NCBI GenBank assembly: GCA_910580185.1
Contig: CAJTWC010000002.1
Location: forward strand, 16,863-80,862
DNA: 64,000 nucleotides
Source: an uncultured Bacilli bacterium
GTDB taxonomy: Bacteria > Bacillota_I > Bacilli_A > RF39 > UBA660
Reading direction: 5' to 3'
The notes below the pieces were generated by a model. It ran no database searches. It was given only the letters and a program-made list of their open reading frames with translations, and had not been told where the DNA came from. Both the position numbers and the translations under genes were made by a program. Of the stretch, positions 19,757 through 31,233 are shown piece by piece (position 1 is the first letter of the stretch; each line of letters starts with the position of its first letter).

Positions 19757-21004
19757 ATGCAAATAATTTTACTTGATGAAGCTAGATTTGATGCTTTTGC
19801 AATAAATCACCCTCGACATAACTATTATCAAACAAGTAATTATGGAAGACTTATGACTAAAAATGGACATAATGCTTATTATTTAGGTCTAGTAGATGAT
19901 ATAGGAGAAATTAAAGCTGCTACGTTAATGATTGTTAAAAATAGGAAAAATGATAGAAAAAAAATGGGATACTGTCCCCGTGGTTTTTTAATTGATTGGG
20001 AAAATGAAGAACTTGTTAAACTTTTCACAGAAGGTTTAAAAGACTTTCTTTCAAAAAGAAACTTTACATATTTAAAACTAGACCCAATGATTATATATAA
20101 AGAACATAACCTTGATGGAAGCGAAAAAAACACAGAAAACCCAAATGCTAACTTCACTAAAAAACTTCAAGCACTAGGATATATCCATATGGGCTATAAT
20201 AATGGTATGGAAGCATCTAAACCAAGATGGAATGGTCTAACATTTATGAATACTGATATAACAAGTCTATATAATTCTATTTCTAAAGAAGCTAGAGAAA
20301 AAATAGTAGAAGCTGTAAAAATGGGAAATAAGGTATACAAAGGTGAACAAAATGATATTACACTATTATACAATTTAATTAATAATGGTGTACCACCAAT
20401 AGATTATTATTATAATTATTATCAATTTTATGGTCCAACAAGCTTTGAAGTATACTTTAACAAATTAGAACCAATAGAATATGTTAACGCAAGTAAAAGA
20501 GCATATGAAGAGGAAGAAGAAGTAAATAACAATTTAAATATGCAAATGCAAGATTTTAATAGACCTAATAAGGAAATGATAATAAATGAAAAATTAAAAT
20601 CAGATGAAAGACTAGCTAAATATAAGAAGAACATGTTAGAAGCTAGTAAGTTATTCCAAGCATATCCAAATGGATTAGAAACGGCTGGTGTTGCGGTTAT
20701 AAAATATGGTAAAACAATTACTTTTTTAGCTAGTGGTGTTAATGAACAATTTAAAGATCAAAATCCTGAGTATTTACTTAAATGGCAACTAATGCAAGAA
20801 TTTGCAAAACAGGGTTATACAATAGTTAATTTAGGAGGATTAACCAGCGACTTAAAAAAAGACTATAATAGTATCGTAAAAACAGAACTTGCTAACAAAA
20901 TAGTTGAATACGTTGGAGAATTTGACCTAGTAATAAATAAAAAGGCTTATTACACTGGAACAAAATTAAATCCAATACTTAACTGGCTTAATACGCCAAT
21001 TTAG
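19757..21004 (+). CDS. FemAB-family aminoacyltransferase (peptidoglycan interpeptide bridge formation)
   Basis: About 415 aa from ATG 19757 (GGGGAGGGG SD; the ORF-track start 19685 has no SD); FemAB-like N-terminus MQIILLDEARFDAFAINHP..., central coiled-coil insert and C-terminal GNAT-like half. Confidence 0.55.
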   Translation: MQIILLDEARFDAFAINHPRHNYYQTSNYGRLMTKNGHNAYYLGLVDDIGEIKAATLMIVKNRKNDRKKMGYCPRGFLIDWENEELVKLFTEGLKDFLSKRNFTYLKLDPMIIYKEHNLDGSEKNTENPNANFTKKLQALGYIHMGYNNGMEASKPRWNGLTFMNTDITSLYNSISKEAREKIVEAVKMGNKVYKGEQNDITLLYNLINNGVPPIDYYYNYYQFYGPTSFEVYFNKLEPIEYVNASKRAYEEEEEVNNNLNMQMQDFNRPNKEMIINEKLKSDERLAKYKKNMLEASKLFQAYPNGLETAGVAVIKYGKTITFLASGVNEQFKDQNPEYLLKWQLMQEFAKQGYTIVNLGGLTSDLKKDYNSIVKTELANKIVEYVGEFDLVINKKAYYTGTKLNPILNWLNTPI

Positions 21005-21021
21005 AATAGATGAAAACAATA

Positions 21022-21052
21022 AAATACACTTCTTTATGGAAGTGTATTTTTA
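21022..21052 (+). terminator. Rho-independent terminator after the FemAB-like gene
   Basis: aatacacttc-tttatg-gaagtgtatt followed by a T-run. Confidence 0.55.
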
Positions 21053-21242
21053 ATAAATATAAATTGTATTACTTCGTATGACTTATATAATCTATTGACC
21101 TCATATATTTGATTTTAATTGCTATGATCTTCCTATAAGAGTATCAATAGCTCAAGATGAAAATAATTCAATTTTTCTTTAAAATAATAATTTAAGTTAC
21201 AATTTTATTTTACAAAACCACGATTTTTAATTAATATTTACC

Positions 21243-21278
21243 AAAAATAAAGAAAAAAGACATTTTGTTGAATGTCTT
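21243..21278 (-). terminator. Rho-independent terminator of tuf / str operon
   Basis: Hairpin aagacatt-ttgttg-aatgtctt followed by a U-run on the minus strand. Confidence 0.55.
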
Positions 21279-21292
21279 TTAATTAACTACAA

Positions 21293-22477
21293 TTAAGCAT
21301 CAATTTTAGTAACTGTACCAGCACCAACAGTACGTCCACCTTCACGGATAGAGAACTTAGTACCGTTTTCAATTGCAATTGGAGCAATTAACTCAACTGA
21401 CATACTTACGTTGTCTCCTGGCATAACCATTTCAGTTCCTTCTGGTAATGTAACAACACCTGTTACGTCAGTAGTTCTGAAATAGAATTGTGGTCTGTAG
21501 TTTGAGAAGAATGGAGTATGACGTCCGCCTTCTTCTTTGCTTAATACGTAAACTTGAGCTTCAAATTTAGTATGTGGAGTAACTGAACCTGGTTTAGCAA
21601 GTACTTGACCACGTTGTACATCATCACGTGAAATACCACGTAATAATACACCGGCGTTATCTCCTGCTTCAGCATAGTCTAGTTGTTTACGGAACATTTC
21701 AATACCAGTAACAACTGTTTTTTGAGTATCTTTTAAACCAACGATTTCAACTTCGTCATTTAATTTTAATTGTCCACGTTCAACACGTCCAGTAACAACT
21801 GTACCACGACCTGTGATTGTGAATACATCTTCGATAGACATTAAGAATGGTTTTGTGTTGTCTCTTTCTGGAGTTGGGATCCATGCGTCAACAGCATCCA
21901 TTAATTCGTCGATCTTAGCTTGATATTCTGCATCTCCTTCAAGAGCTTTTAAAGCAGAACCACGGATAACTGGAGTATTATCTCCATCGTATTCGTATTT
22001 ACTTAATAATTCACGAACGTCCATTTCTACTAAGTCTAACATTTCAGCATCGTCTACCATGTCACATTTGTTCATGAATACAACGATTCTAGGTACACCA
22101 ACTTGACGAGCAAGTAAGATGTGTTCTTTTGTTTGAGCCATAGGACCATCAGTTGCAGCTAGAACTAGGATTGCTCCGTCCATTTGTGCAGCACCAGTGA
22201 TCATGTTTTTAACATAGTCAGCGTGTCCTGGGCAGTCAACGTGAGCATAGTGACGGTTGTCAGTTTCATACTCAACGTGAGCAGTATTAATTGTTATACC
22301 ACGTTCTCTTTCTTCAGGAGCTTTATCGATATCTGCATAGTCTTCGAATTTAGCTTGTCCCTTTTCAGCTAATCTTTTAGTGATTGCAGCTGTTAAAGTA
22401 GTTTTACCATGGTCAACGTGTCCAATAGTACCAATGTTAACATGTGGTTTTGAACGATCAAATTTTTCTTTTGCCAT
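21293..22477 (-). CDS. tuf: Elongation factor Tu
   Basis: [21 protein letters not shown] motifs; 394 aa. Confidence 0.97.
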   Translation of the reverse strand: MAKEKFDRSKPHVNIGTIGHVDHGKTTLTAAITKRLAEKGQAKFEDYADIDKAPEERERGITINTAHVEYETDNRHYAHVDCPGHADYVKNMITGAAQMDGAILVLAATDGPMAQTKEHILLARQVGVPRIVVFMNKCDMVDDAEMLDLVEMDVRELLSKYEYDGDNTPVIRGSALKALEGDAEYQAKIDELMDAVDAWIPTPERDNTKPFLMSIEDVFTITGRGTVVTGRVERGQLKLNDEVEIVGLKDTQKTVVTGIEMFRKQLDYAEAGDNAGVLLRGISRDDVQRGQVLAKPGSVTPHTKFEAQVYVLSKEEGGRHTPFFSNYRPQFYFRTTDVTGVVTLPEGTEMVMPGDNVSMSVELIAPIAIENGTKFSIREGGRTVGAGTVTKIDA

Positions 22478-22509
22478 ATTAATTTTTCCTCCCTAAATAA
22501 ATTACATAT

Positions 22510-22545
22510 ATATTTTATCTAATCTAAAGGAAAATAGCAAGTATT
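22510..22545 (-). promoter_or_regulatory. Perfect 14-bp inverted repeat between fusA and tuf (internal attenuator/processing hairpin)
   Basis: cctaaaggaaaata-gcaag-tattttcctttagg. Confidence 0.35.
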
Positions 22546-22563
22546 TTCCTTTAGGATTATTTA

Positions 22564-24636
22564 TTATTGTGCACCATTTTTCTTAATGATGTCTTCAGCA
22601 ATACTCTTTGGTACTTCTTCATAATGATCGAATAACATCATGAATGTTCCACGGCCTTGAGTATTAGATCTTAAGCTTGTTGCGTAACCAAACATTTCTG
22701 ATAATGGTACGTAAGCATTAATCTTAAGTGAGTTACCTTGTGCTTCTTGTCCCATTGGACGTCCACGACGAGATGTAACATCACCCATTACGTTACCTAA
22801 GTATTCTTCTGGAACAACGATATCAACTTTCATGATTGGTTCTAGAAGTACTGGAGCGCAATGTTTTTTAGCTTCTTTAAGTGCTAGTGATGCAGCAACC
22901 TTAAATGCCATTTCGTTAGAGTCAACATCATGGTATGAACCATCAAATAATGTTGCTTTAACGTCAATCATAGGATATCCAGCTAAAACACCAGTTTTTA
23001 AAGCTTCTTGTAATCCCTTGTCTACTACTGGAATGTATTCACGAGGAACTACACCACCAACGATAGCATCAACGAATTCATATCCTTCATCTTTGTTAGG
23101 TTCAAATTTAACCCATACGTGACCATATTGACCGCGACCACCTGATTGTTTAATATATTTACCTTCACAGTCTCCAGTCTTAGTTAAAGTTTCACGGTAA
23201 GCAACTTGTGGTTGTCCGATATTAGCTTCAACACCAAATTCACGTTTCATTCTATCTACTAATACGTCTAAGTGAAGTTCACCCATACCAGAAATAACAG
23301 TTTGTCCTGATTCTTGATCAGTTTCTGCTCTAAATGTTGGATCTTCTTCTGCTAATTTTTGTAATGCAGTAGACATTTTTTCTTGGTCTCCCTTACTCTT
23401 TGGCTCAATAGCAATTGAGATAACTGGTTCAGGAATAACCATTTTTTCTAATATTACAGGATGCTTTTCATCACATAAAGTATCACCTGTTGTAGTGTTC
23501 TTTAATCCAACTGCAGCAGCTATATCTCCAGCGTAAACTTCAGATATTTCCGTACGGTTGTTAGCATGCATTTGAAGTATTCTACCAATTCTTTCCTTAA
23601 CACCTTTGTTTGCGTTAAGTACGTATGAACCACTCTTTAGTGTACCCGAATATACACGGAAGAATGATAATCTACCTACGAATGGGTCAGTCATTATCTT
23701 AAATGCCAACGCTGCAAATGGTTCTGTGTCTGATGCATGTTTTTCTATTTCATTATCATTTGCATCATGACCTTTAATTGCAGGTATATCAGTTGGGGCT
23801 GGTAAGTAATCGATAACTGCATCTAGCATTAATTTAACACCAATGTTACCTAATGCAGTACCACACATAACTGGGAACATCTTAACTTCAAGAACACCTT
23901 TTCTGATAGCTCTCTTAATTAATTCCTCACTTATTTCAGCACCTTCTAAGTATTTTTCCATTAATTCTTCATCGAATTCAGCTGCATCTTCAATCATAGC
24001 GATTCTCTTTTCTTCGGCTATGTCTTTTAAGTCAGCTGGGATTTCGATTTCGGTTGGATTTTCTTCTGGTTTACCATCATAGTGGTAAGCCTTCATAGTA
24101 ACTAAGTCAATGATACCATCAAATTCTGATTCAGCACCAATTGGCCATTGGATTGCAGTTGCTTTAACACCTAATCTTGCTTTAATAGATTCAACACTAG
24201 CTGCAAAGTCAGCACCCATCTTATCCATCTTGTTTGAGAAAACAAGTCTTGGAACGTGCATTTCAGTTGCTTGACGCCAAACATTTTCAGTTTGTGGTTC
24301 AACACCATTTTGCGAGTCAAGTACTGTTACAGCACCATCTAATACTCTAAGTGATCTAGTAACTTCAATAGTAAAGTCTACGTGACCTGGAGTATCAATA
24401 ATATTAAGGCGATTACCCTTCCAGAATGCAGTAGTTGCAGCAGAAGTAATGGTAATACCACGTTCTTTTTCTTGTTCCATCCAGTCCATTTGTGATTCAC
24501 CATCATGTGTTTCACCTATTTTGTGGATCTTGTGAGTATGGAACAAAACACGCTCTGTACATGTAGTCTTACCAGCATCAACGTGAGCCATAATACCAAT
24601 GTTACGAGTGTTTTCTAATGAATATTCACGAGCCAT
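22564..24636 (-). CDS. fusA: Elongation factor G
   Basis: [17 protein letters not shown], 690 aa. Confidence 0.97.
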   Translation of the reverse strand: MAREYSLENTRNIGIMAHVDAGKTTCTERVLFHTHKIHKIGETHDGESQMDWMEQEKERGITITSAATTAFWKGNRLNIIDTPGHVDFTIEVTRSLRVLDGAVTVLDSQNGVEPQTENVWRQATEMHVPRLVFSNKMDKMGADFAASVESIKARLGVKATAIQWPIGAESEFDGIIDLVTMKAYHYDGKPEENPTEIEIPADLKDIAEEKRIAMIEDAAEFDEELMEKYLEGAEISEELIKRAIRKGVLEVKMFPVMCGTALGNIGVKLMLDAVIDYLPAPTDIPAIKGHDANDNEIEKHASDTEPFAALAFKIMTDPFVGRLSFFRVYSGTLKSGSYVLNANKGVKERIGRILQMHANNRTEISEVYAGDIAAAVGLKNTTTGDTLCDEKHPVILEKMVIPEPVISIAIEPKSKGDQEKMSTALQKLAEEDPTFRAETDQESGQTVISGMGELHLDVLVDRMKREFGVEANIGQPQVAYRETLTKTGDCEGKYIKQSGGRGQYGHVWVKFEPNKDEGYEFVDAIVGGVVPREYIPVVDKGLQEALKTGVLAGYPMIDVKATLFDGSYHDVDSNEMAFKVAASLALKEAKKHCAPVLLEPIMKVDIVVPEEYLGNVMGDVTSRRGRPMGQEAQGNSLKINAYVPLSEMFGYATSLRSNTQGRGTFMMLFDHYEEVPKSIAEDIIKKNGAQ

Positions 24637-24651
24637 ATAATCTTCCCTTTC

Positions 24652-25140
<489 letters not shown>

Positions 25141-25155
25141 TTACTTTATTATTTT

Positions 25156-25569
25156 TTATTTTTTAGGTTTTTTAGCACCGTACTTAGATCTTGCTTGCTT
25201 TCTATCAGCAACACCTTGAGTATCTAAAGTACCTCTTATGATGTGATAACGCACACCGATAAGGTCTTTTACACGACCACCACGTATTAATACTACGCTG
25301 TGTTCTTGTAGGTTGTGTCCTTCACCTGGAATATAAGCTGTTACTTCGTAACCATTACTTAAACGTACACGAGCGTACTTACGTAATGCTGAGTTTGGTT
25401 TCTTTGGTGTCATAGTACCAACACGAGTACATACCCCACGTTTTTGTGGAGAGTTAGCAGCAAAGTTTTTCTTCTTTAGAGTGTTAGTTCTAACAAGTAA
25501 AACTGGTGCTTTTGGCTTACGAACTTTCTTTTTTCTTCCGTGACGGAGAATTTGGTTTATTGTAGGCAT
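25156..25569 (-). CDS. rpsL: 30S ribosomal protein S12
   Basis: 137 aa, [10 protein letters not shown] motif. Confidence 0.95.
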   Translation of the reverse strand: MPTINQILRHGRKKKVRKPKAPVLLVRTNTLKKKNFAANSPQKRGVCTRVGTMTPKKPNSALRKYARVRLSNGYEVTAYIPGEGHNLQEHSVVLIRGGRVKDLIGVRYHIIRGTLDTQGVADRKQARSKYGAKKPKK

Positions 25570-25662
25570 AATTTCTACTCCTTTCTTAACACACTACCTG
25601 GTGTTTCATTTTAAATATATTTTTAAGCCTTACTTAGTAAGACTTAAATAATCAGCTTTTAT

Positions 25663-25692
25663 AATATAACACTAAAAATGTTATATTGTCAA
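25663..25692 (-). promoter_or_regulatory. Candidate str-operon promoter (TTGACA-17/18-TATATT) upstream of rpsL
   Basis: Minus-strand TTGACA at plus 25687-25692 with an AT-rich -10. Confidence 0.4.
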
Positions 25693-25712
25693 TATATATT
25701 ATGGATTAAATA

Positions 25713-25946
25713 CTACGCAGCAGCTTTATCTTCATTTGCACTAACGTTACTTTTTAAACCATATTTTTGGTTAAACTTCTCAGCTCTACCAGTCTTTGAC
25801 TGCATTGTAGCTTGACCAGTGTAGAATGGATGACACTTTGAACATACTTCTACGTGAATTTTATCATTGATAGACTTTGTTTCAAAAGTTGCCCCACAAG
25901 TACATGTAACTGTTGAAGTTTTGTAAATACTTTCTTTCTTAGGCAT
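25713..25946 (-). CDS. rpmE: 50S ribosomal protein L31
   Basis: CxxC...CSKCHPFYTG zinc-ribbon L31 signature; likely start MPKKES (ORF track begins two codons earlier). Confidence 0.8.
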   Translation of the reverse strand: MPKKESIYKTSTVTCTCGATFETKSINDKIHVEVCSKCHPFYTGQATMQSKTGRAEKFNQKYGLKSNVSANEDKAAA

Positions 25947-26023
25947 AATCAATTGCTCCTTTCGCCATGACCTATAATTTCGGTCATAGATTTAAAATCC
26001 TTTATATTATAACAAGTGTTTGA

Positions 26024-26788
26024 CTATTTTGCAAGTATTTTTTTATCTATATTATTAATAACAGCTCTTGACATGGCTCTATATCCTGCTTTAGTAGGAT
26101 GAATTTCTAATTTTGAAGGTAAATAATTATCATTTGCTAAAAATGTATCATGTATATCAACAAAAGTCATATCATACTTTTTAGTTAAATCCTCCATCTT
26201 ACCATTCGCATAATCAATAAAGGGTTCTATCATATTTGCTAAAGTAGAAGAATAATTAGTAAACGGATTATAAAATCCAAATACCATTATTTGTTCCTTA
26301 CACGATTTTCTAAGTTCAAATAGTAATTTATTAACATCACTAATAGATTCGTCTATATAAGTATATATATCATTCATTTCATTTAAATCAAATTCATTAC
26401 CTATATTTAATTTATAAAATAAATCATTTGACCCAATACTAACAGTTACTACATCTGCTTTTATCAAGGCGTGCTTCAAAGTGATTTTTTTACCATTTAC
26501 TTTTATCTCTTTGTTATTGTTAAGATCATTAAGTAAATCAATACTACGATAACCACTTTTAGCAAATCCTTTTGTATAAAACTCCAAAACTTTTTTATCT
26601 TTTAAATAATCAGCTACGTAATCGCCATAGCTTTCAGAAATAGTATTATTAGGAGTTTGCCCTGCTGCTAAAGAATCACCTAAAGATAAATAATAAATTT
26701 GCTTATCACGGGTAATAAAAAATATACTAATTAGTATTATCCCTGTTATTACAAACCCAATAAGTAACTTGTACCTTCTTTTCATCAT
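26024..26788 (-). CDS. SGNH/GDSL hydrolase family protein with N-terminal membrane anchor
   Basis: LGDSLAAG (block I), GSNDL (block III), DxxH-like C-terminal block. Confidence 0.6.
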   Translation of the reverse strand: MMKRRYKLLIGFVITGIILISIFFITRDKQIYYLSLGDSLAAGQTPNNTISESYGDYVADYLKDKKVLEFYTKGFAKSGYRSIDLLNDLNNNKEIKVNGKKITLKHALIKADVVTVSIGSNDLFYKLNIGNEFDLNEMNDIYTYIDESISDVNKLLFELRKSCKEQIMVFGFYNPFTNYSSTLANMIEPFIDYANGKMEDLTKKYDMTFVDIHDTFLANDNYLPSKLEIHPTKAGYRAMSRAVINNIDKKILAK

Positions 26789-26959
26789 ATCATCCCTTAA
26801 AATAAAAAATAGTATTTTTACATCAATACTATTTTATTTTAATTATATAAATATATTACCAAATTACTTATTTTTTTCTTGTTCTTTTGATTCGCTATCT
26901 GAGTATGTTCCAACAGGAGTATAACTTGTAGAAATACCGCTAATTCTAGACGTATTTTA

Positions 26960-27091
26960 TTTTACTATTTTATCAGTTATAACTGGTTTATCTTTTATTC
27001 TTCTATTTATATCATCCACAGATGGAAATTTGAATCCTTCTGGAATATACGTTGTTGTATAACCTTCACTATGTTTTTTTGCTTCTGCCAT
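26960..27091 (-). CDS. Small ORF (43 aa) translationally coupled to murA via TAATG overlap
   Basis: MAEAKKHSEGYTTTYIPEGFKFPSVDDINRRIKDKPVITDKIVK; below the ORF-track length cutoff; start overlaps the murA stop by 1 nt. Confidence 0.3.
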
Positions 27092-28353
27092 TATTCATCA
27101 ACTTCTTCCAATTTTATTTTAGCACCAACTTCAGTTAGCTTTTCGACTATTCCTTCATATCCCCTTAAAATATAATCAGCATTTTCGATGGTTGTCGTAC
27201 CTTCTGCTATTAATCCTGCAACAACTAATGATGCACCCGCCCTTAAATCGGTCGCTGAAACTTTTTTGCCTTTAAGTTTTGAAGGGCCCATAATAACCGC
27301 TTTAGATGCTGTTAACAATTCCGTTGTTGCTCCCATCTTATTTAATTCAAATAAATTTAAAAACCTGTTTTCCCATATTGTCTCGTTAACTATAGACTTA
27401 CCATCTGCCTGAGTTAATAAAGTAGCCATAGGTTGCTGTAAGTCTGTTGGGAATCCCGGATATACTTGCGTCTTTATATTAACTGGCCTTAATTTTTCAG
27501 GTGCGCTAATTTTCACAGAATCAACACCTATTTCCATATCAACTCCAGCTTCTTCTAATTTTGAAATCAAAGATTCAACGTGTTCTGGTATTATGTTTTT
27601 GATTTCAATATCATGCCCTGCTACACTTGCTAATATCATATATGTACCAGTTTCTATATAATCAGGCACAACCTCATGAAAGCAAGAATGTAAATACTCT
27701 ACTCCTTCTATTTTAATTTCACTCGTACCAGCACCACTTATCTTTGCACCCATATTATTTAAGAACGTAGCAACATTAACTATATGAGGTTCTTTAGCAG
27801 CATTAGTAATTATAGTTGTACCTTCCGCTTTAACCGCCGCAAGCATTAAATTTATCGTAGCACCTACAGATGCGAAATCTAAATTAATTTTATTACCAAC
27901 TAACTTATCCGCTGTTATTATAAATAAATTATTTTTCTCTTCCACTTTTGCACCTAGTGCTTCAAAGCCTTTTAAATGCAAGTTTATTGGCCTCGCACCA
28001 ATTGAGCATCCACCTGGAAAATGCATTTCTACTTTTTTAAATTTACTTAATAATGCTCCCATAAAATAATAAGACGCCCTTAATTTTTTAGCGATTTTTT
28101 CAGGAATTAATTTATTTTCTATTTTAGATGAATCTATCTTTATTGTATCACCATCACGCATAACATCCGCGTTTAAAAAATTCAATATTTCATCTAAGGC
28201 ATCAATATCAGAAATATTTGGTACGTTTGCAATAGTTACTTCTTCGTCACATAAAACCGCTGCTGGTATTAAAGCAACAGCGCTATTTTTAGAGCCACTT
28301 ATCTTTATTTCACCTGTTAGCTTTTTATTTCCTTCAATAATTATTTTGTACAT
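27091..28353 (-). CDS. murA: UDP-N-acetylglucosamine 1-carboxyvinyltransferase
   Basis: 420 aa; KISGSKNSAVALIPAAVL, active-site Cys region PGGCSIGARPI. Confidence 0.92.
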   Translation of the reverse strand: MYKIIIEGNKKLTGEIKISGSKNSAVALIPAAVLCDEEVTIANVPNISDIDALDEILNFLNADVMRDGDTIKIDSSKIENKLIPEKIAKKLRASYYFMGALLSKFKKVEMHFPGGCSIGARPINLHLKGFEALGAKVEEKNNLFIITADKLVGNKINLDFASVGATINLMLAAVKAEGTTIITNAAKEPHIVNVATFLNNMGAKISGAGTSEIKIEGVEYLHSCFHEVVPDYIETGTYMILASVAGHDIEIKNIIPEHVESLISKLEEAGVDMEIGVDSVKISAPEKLRPVNIKTQVYPGFPTDLQQPMATLLTQADGKSIVNETIWENRFLNLFELNKMGATTELLTASKAVIMGPSKLKGKKVSATDLRAGASLVVAGLIAEGTTTIENADYILRGYEGIVEKLTEVGAKIKLEEVDE

Positions 28354-28406
28354 ATTACTCCTCCATATCTTCTAAAGTATTTTATTAAAATATTTTAAAA
28401 AAGTGA

Positions 28407-29270
28407 TTAATTAGCCCTATTTACTGAATCAAATAATCTATTTTTTTCGTGCACAACTTTTTTTATTGCATTTTTACCAGATGATATTATTTTTCTTGGA
28501 TCATATTCTTCTGGGTTATTTTGAATATATTTTTTTACTTCTTCTGACCAAGCAAGTTGAATATCAGTATTTATATTTATCTTAGTTATACCACAAAAAA
28601 TAGCGGTCTTTATCTTATTTTCATCTAAACCAGATGCACCATGTAAGACTAATGGTATTTTAACTGATTTACATATGGATCCTAATAACTCATAATCTAG
28701 TTTAGGTTCTCCTTTATATAAACCATGCTTATTACCTATAGCAGGTGCAAGTGAATTTATGTTTGTTTGAAATACAAAGTCTTTAGCTTCCTCGGGCGTT
28801 GAGTATATAGAGGCAATGTTATCATTATTATTCTCTTCATTAAGAGATCCTATCTCTGCTTCAACACTAACCCCTCTATCACTTGCATATTTTACTACTT
28901 GTAAAGTTTCATCAATGTTTTCTTCAAAAGGTTTCGAAGATGCATCTATCATTACTGAAGTAAATCCTGCATCTACTGCTTTTTTACACACTTCAAAACT
29001 TTTACCATGATCTAAATGTAGTACAACCGGTATGGTTATTTTTAGCTCATCTAAAAGGGATTTAACTAAACCATTAACAACCTTATAACCACCCATATAG
29101 CTTGCGGCACCTTCAGATACTGCTAATATAACTGGACTTTTATCATCCTGGCAAGCTTCTAAAATATATCTAGCCCATTCTAAGTTATTAATATTATAAG
29201 CTGGTACAGCATAATTATCTTTTAAAGCTAATTTTAATAATTCATTACTATTTACTAACAAAATTTCCAC
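28407..29270 (-). CDS. fba: Class II fructose-bisphosphate aldolase
   Basis: 287 aa; YAVPAYNINNLEW, HLDHG, metal-binding His residues. Confidence 0.85.
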   Translation of the reverse strand: MEILLVNSNELLKLALKDNYAVPAYNINNLEWARYILEACQDDKSPVILAVSEGAASYMGGYKVVNGLVKSLLDELKITIPVVLHLDHGKSFEVCKKAVDAGFTSVMIDASSKPFEENIDETLQVVKYASDRGVSVEAEIGSLNEENNNDNIASIYSTPEEAKDFVFQTNINSLAPAIGNKHGLYKGEPKLDYELLGSICKSVKIPLVLHGASGLDENKIKTAIFCGITKININTDIQLAWSEEVKKYIQNNPEEYDPRKIISSGKNAIKKVVHEKNRLFDSVNRAN

Positions 29271-29307
29271 CTTCTAAGCTTATTTTATCATATTTCTACC
29301 TAATAAC

Positions 29308-29342
29308 AGAAATAAAAACACTAGAATTTACACTCTAGTGTT
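29308..29342 (-). terminator. Rho-independent terminator downstream of the 416-aa ORF
   Basis: acactaga-atttacac-tctagtgt followed by a U-run on the minus strand. Confidence 0.5.
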
Positions 29343-29369
29343 AATTATTTACATTCATATATAATTTTA

Positions 29370-30620
29370 TTACTTAGAGAAGCCATTATTTAATGAATCA
29401 TCACTATATTCCACACCTGGTTTAACATCATAATCATACATATGTGATGTAGTTTCAGTTGAAGTACTAGTTGTACCAGTTGGTTTTCCTCCTGGATTTT
29501 TATAAGTTGTATCTTCATCCGGTACATCCACAACATAAGTAGTTGTACTTGTAGTTGTTGTAGCTGAAGATACTTTTTCTTTAGAAGTACTATGGCTTCC
29601 ATTAGAATCTTTCTTTCCAGGAACATTTTTAGTACTTCCATTTGGTTTATTCTTATTAGCGGCATTTGCATCACTATCAATATATTGCTCATTTTCCTTA
29701 GCTCTATTAGTACAAGTTTCTTCAGATACTGGTAATGTATATCTTATTCTTACTAAACATTCATTGTATATAGCAGTAGCTATTTCCGATTGAAAATTAG
29801 GTATTGACTCTTTGTAAGTTTCGCAATTATCTTTATTATTTCTATCTAAAGATGGAGATAATATTGGAAGAATTGGATCCATACCTTGCATAAATATATA
29901 TTGACCACCCATAGATAGGCTTTTATCTTCTATGATTTCTTTCATCTTATCCAATATTTCTTTTGTATTCTTTGCGAACTCGTCTTTATTAATAGACTCT
30001 ATATCATTTTTTTCTTTTACTAATAATTTACTTAAATCTAAATAAACGCTATTATATCCTGGTGCTTCTTTTGGTATAAAAGTTAAGAAAAATGTTATAT
30101 CACCTAATAATTTGTCATGATATGATTTAATCACATCATCACCTTCACCATCTAGAATTACTTGTTTTAAATTCTGTAATTCTGTTGTTCCATATGCTAA
30201 AGCATTATATAATGATTTTTGTTGGTCCATAAACCATTTATGAAATTCATCTTCTGATATATCTTTAAAATCATCTTTAGTTAGAACATTACTCTGATCT
30301 AAATATTCATAAAACAAAATTTTAATAAATCTAATATCTATTTTTTCACCAGTTAATTTTTCTACTTCATTAAGCATATTTTGTATTTCATTATCGTTTT
30401 TTATACTGTATGGTTTATATAATACGCCTTCTGGACTAAATGTTTCATCTTTTGAATCATCATTACCATTATTAACATCATTACCATCTGACACTGATGT
30501 TGGTGTTTGTTGTTTACTATAATAATATTTTAATCCTGCGCCACTTGAAAGAATCATAACAAATGCTAATGCTACAGATAATATTTTTTTACCTTTTCCT
30601 CCGACTTTTTTATAACCCAT
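29370..30620 (-). CDS. Uncharacterised membrane-anchored (single N-terminal TM) Ser/Thr-rich protein, paralog of ORF 16416-18308
   Basis: N-terminal KK-rich stretch plus TM (ILSVALAFVMILS), Thr/Ser-rich tract, shared IPNFQSE and YDYDVKPG motifs. Confidence 0.5.
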   Translation of the reverse strand: MGYKKVGGKGKKILSVALAFVMILSSGAGLKYYYSKQQTPTSVSDGNDVNNGNDDSKDETFSPEGVLYKPYSIKNDNEIQNMLNEVEKLTGEKIDIRFIKILFYEYLDQSNVLTKDDFKDISEDEFHKWFMDQQKSLYNALAYGTTELQNLKQVILDGEGDDVIKSYHDKLLGDITFFLTFIPKEAPGYNSVYLDLSKLLVKEKNDIESINKDEFAKNTKEILDKMKEIIEDKSLSMGGQYIFMQGMDPILPILSPSLDRNNKDNCETYKESIPNFQSEIATAIYNECLVRIRYTLPVSEETCTNRAKENEQYIDSDANAANKNKPNGSTKNVPGKKDSNGSHSTSKEKVSSATTTTSTTTYVVDVPDEDTTYKNPGGKPTGTTSTSTETTSHMYDYDVKPGVEYSDDSLNNGFSK

Positions 30621-30666
30621 AATAATCTATCCCCCTCGTCTGAATGTCCTATATACTAACACTTTT

Positions 30667-31167
30667 TCAGTGATTTGTCAACACTAACAAGGAGTATAAA
30701 AATAATATTACCCCGCCTAATAAAAATGACAATTTTCCTATCTTGTTTGATATTTTTTTACCTAAAATAAAGCCTAAAAACGTAAATAGCATACTAATCA
30801 AACAAAAACTAAAAACAACAAGTAAAATATTATCATAAATATAACTTATTCCAAGTCCAACTGAGAAACTATCAAAACTTACTGAGATAGCAAATAAAAG
30901 CGTGCCTATAAAATTTAAGTTTATTTGCTTTTCCTCTGTCTCAAAATAGTGAATAATCATATCAACGGAAAGTATTAAAAATACAACAAAAAGTACATAT
31001 CTTGGTTTAATTAATGTGTATTCAAACAATGGTAAGCCAACAACATTACCTATAAGTGGCATAAAAAAGTGAAAAATACCAACTGTTATTGCAGTAATAA
31101 TCATATTTTTCTTACTTACATTACCAATTCCATAAGATAAAGAAAGGGCAAATGCATCCATACTCAA
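30667..31167 (-). CDS. MntP/YtaF family (DUF204) membrane protein
   Basis: MSMDAFALSLSYG... N-terminus and duplicated TM halves typical of MntP/YtaF; 166 aa; TGA stop. Confidence 0.5.
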   Translation of the reverse strand: MSMDAFALSLSYGIGNVSKKNMIITAITVGIFHFFMPLIGNVVGLPLFEYTLIKPRYVLFVVFLILSVDMIIHYFETEEKQINLNFIGTLLFAISVSFDSFSVGLGISYIYDNILLVVFSFCLISMLFTFLGFILGKKISNKIGKLSFLLGGVILFLYSLLVLTNH

Positions 31168-31233
31168 ACTAATTGCTATTAATATAATGTTTATTATGAT
31201 GAATCACCTCTACATTATATTATTACTTTTGTC

